IMG/VR virus record: IMGVR_UViG_3300013901_000015
Location: 1 to 64,000 of that record
Length of the DNA: 64,000 nucleotides
Source of the DNA: a virus
Taxonomy: Duplodnaviria; Caudoviricetes
Reading direction: 5' to 3' (one strand)
The notes beneath the pieces are model-generated. The model saw only the letters and a list, made by a program, of their open reading frames with translations. It was not told where the DNA came from and did no database searches. Positions 62,290 to 64,000 of the stretch are shown in pieces. The position numbers and the translations under genes are program-made. The first letter of the stretch is position 1. Every line of letters begins with the position of its first letter.

Positions 62290-62370
62290 ACTAAGCGAAA
62301 ATTAGTATTCAGAGGGTACAAGTTACAGATATTTTTGTTACTTTTGTGGGAAAATAACGCTTTAACAAAT

Positions 62371-63888
62371 ATGACAGAACAAGGAACGAACATCATTACA
62401 TGGATTAGCTGCATCATCATTTGTGGTGCATTTTTGGTATTCTTCTATATCACGAAGACTGCCAAAGAAGAGTTTTTACAAAAACACAAACGAACTATAG
62501 ATGCTTTCCCTTCTATAGTCTCCACTCTTGGTGTGTTTGGAACATTCCTAGGCATTACCATAGGATTGGCAGGATTCGATGTGAGTGATTTAACAAGAAA
62601 CATACCTATATTGTTGGGTGGATTGAAGACGGCTTTCTTCACTTCACTTTGTGGTATGGGTGGTTCCTTGATTCTTCGCCATTGCTGCACAGACATTAAG
62701 TTTGACAAAGAAGATGGAGGTATCTCTTCTACTGATGCTGCAATCAAGGAACTTGGCAAGGGGGTTAGAGAAATGAGTACTACATTGGTTTCAACTTTGG
62801 TTCAAAACAGAAATGAAATGAGCCAGATGGGTATGGCACAAGCTTCATTCTTTAACCAAATTCTTGAAATCAACAAATCTATTGCTGGCTGTGTAACCAA
62901 CATTGACACAAAATTAGCTCGTATCTCTTTGCTAGAAGGAGAACAATCCACATCGCTAAATACTATATCTTTACTTGCCTCTAACTATGAAGCGAGTAAT
63001 AAACGTATAGAGGAATCACTCGGAGAAATCGTTGACGCACAGTCTTCCAATGTTTCAACTTTTGATGAAATGAATGAGGAGCTAAAGAAATTCAGCCAGA
63101 TTTTGCGTTCGGAAGTAGATGACATCGAAGACAAGATGGAAGCAACCAACAAGCTACTTACCGATAAGTTTGATGAGTTTAGCGAATTGCTTAAGAAGAG
63201 TAATACCGAAGCCTTGGTTGAAGTTATGAAAAAGGTTACTGAGGAGTTCCAAAAACAGATGAACGCCCTTATCAGTAGATTGGTACAGGAGAACTTCGCT
63301 AAGTTGAACGAGAGCGTTGAGAAACTAAACACATGGCAGGAAGAAAATAAGGCTATGATTGAAAGCCTTACCAAGCAATATCATCAGATGGAAGAGGATT
63401 TCGAGGATTCTTCCAACACGATGCAAGAGGTTTCAGAAAATGCTCAGAAGCTAGTAGGTAACGGTGGAAGACTTGCGCAACTCGTTACAGCATTAGAAGA
63501 AGCCATGGTTAATGACAAGAAGTTTATTGAAATATCAAAGAACCTATCTGAATCAGCTTCACTTGCCAAGGACGGAATTGAGAAACAAGATGCCATCACT
63601 AACAAGTTGAACGATTGGGTGCATGGTGTACAGGTGTTCAAAGATGATGTTCAACGACTTATCAACAAACTGGAGGAATTGAATAGCATCAGAAACTATA
63701 ATGAGCAATTTTGGCAGTCAACAAAGAAGAGCATGGAAGATGGCGTAGGTATCATTCAAAGTGGTAGCGAAGAATTGAACAAACAGATTCTAAACATCGA
63801 CAAGAGTTTCTACAATAGACTAAGTGCAACTTTGGCTAGTCTTGATAACCTCATTGCTTCAATGGCTGGTAAATATATCAACAGATAA
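62371..63888 (+). CDS. zorA: ZorA-like MotA/ExbB channel protein with long helical tail
   Basis: Three TMs including PSIVSTLGVFGTFLGITIGL and GGLKTAFFTSLCG, then about 370 aa of coiled coil; -7 element TACTTTTG at 62339. Confidence 0.75.
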   Translation: MTEQGTNIITWISCIIICGAFLVFFYITKTAKEEFLQKHKRTIDAFPSIVSTLGVFGTFLGITIGLAGFDVSDLTRNIPILLGGLKTAFFTSLCGMGGSLILRHCCTDIKFDKEDGGISSTDAAIKELGKGVREMSTTLVSTLVQNRNEMSQMGMAQASFFNQILEINKSIAGCVTNIDTKLARISLLEGEQSTSLNTISLLASNYEASNKRIEESLGEIVDAQSSNVSTFDEMNEELKKFSQILRSEVDDIEDKMEATNKLLTDKFDEFSELLKKSNTEALVEVMKKVTEEFQKQMNALISRLVQENFAKLNESVEKLNTWQEENKAMIESLTKQYHQMEEDFEDSSNTMQEVSENAQKLVGNGGRLAQLVTALEEAMVNDKKFIEISKNLSESASLAKDGIEKQDAITNKLNDWVHGVQVFKDDVQRLINKLEELNSIRNYNEQFWQSTKKSMEDGVGIIQSGSEELNKQILNIDKSFYNRLSATLASLDNLIASMAGKYINR

Positions 63889-63890
63889 AT

Positions 63891-64000
63891 ATGGCAAAAA
63901 ATAATATTTGGATGTCTGTATCAGATCTTATGACAGGATTAATGGTAATATTTCTTTTCGTTGCCATTGCTTATATAAGTAAGGTACAGGAACATTCGGT
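63891..64000 (+). CDS. zorB: ZorB-like MotB/OmpA protein (5' fragment)
   Basis: MAKNNIWMSVSDLMTGLMVIFLFVAIAY: W-x-S-x-S-D-L-M TM with the conserved Asp. Confidence 0.75.
   Translation, partial: MAKNNIWMSVSDLMTGLMVIFLFVAIAYISKVQEHS

Noticed and set aside
1-64000. Diversity-generating retroelement, retron or invertible tail-fibre locus
   Set aside because: No reverse transcriptase motif (YxDD context), no TR/VR pair and no invertase seen by eye; long-repeat detection by eye is limited.

Overview
The whole window looks like part of one large (>64 kb) temperate, podovirus-like phage of a Bacteroidales host, most likely Prevotella/Segatella. Host evidence: TTTG-N20-TAnnTTTG promoters, a Bacteroidales-type integrase and an att core matching a tRNA-Arg 3' end. 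Left to right it contains: head-tail and terminase genes; a leftward lysis cassette (holin, GH19 endolysin, u-spanin-like); a rhomboid protease operon; a tail nozzle gene; a long leftward early/middle operon (antirepressors, replication, RecT/SbcC/MBL, dUTPase, NinG) with two aberrant tRNA-like elements; the cro/cI switch; integrase and attP with phage genes on both sides, i.e. the excised form; an array of about 20 tiny genes punctuated by covarying T-shaped DNA repeats; ejection proteins ending in a 6126-aa polyvalent protein (ParB-like, zincins, N6-MTase, Strawberry-notch helicase, LPD38-like); an AT-rich moron block; a six-gene module of unknown function; and a ZorA/ZorB (Zorya-like) pair cut by the window end. 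The most striking observation is three small protein-like ORFs overprinted in the +1 frame on the inter-domain linkers of the giant gene, two of them with clear Bacteroidota-type start contexts. No portal or major capsid gene, CRISPR array or reverse transcriptase is visible. All family assignments come from motif recognition, not database searches.
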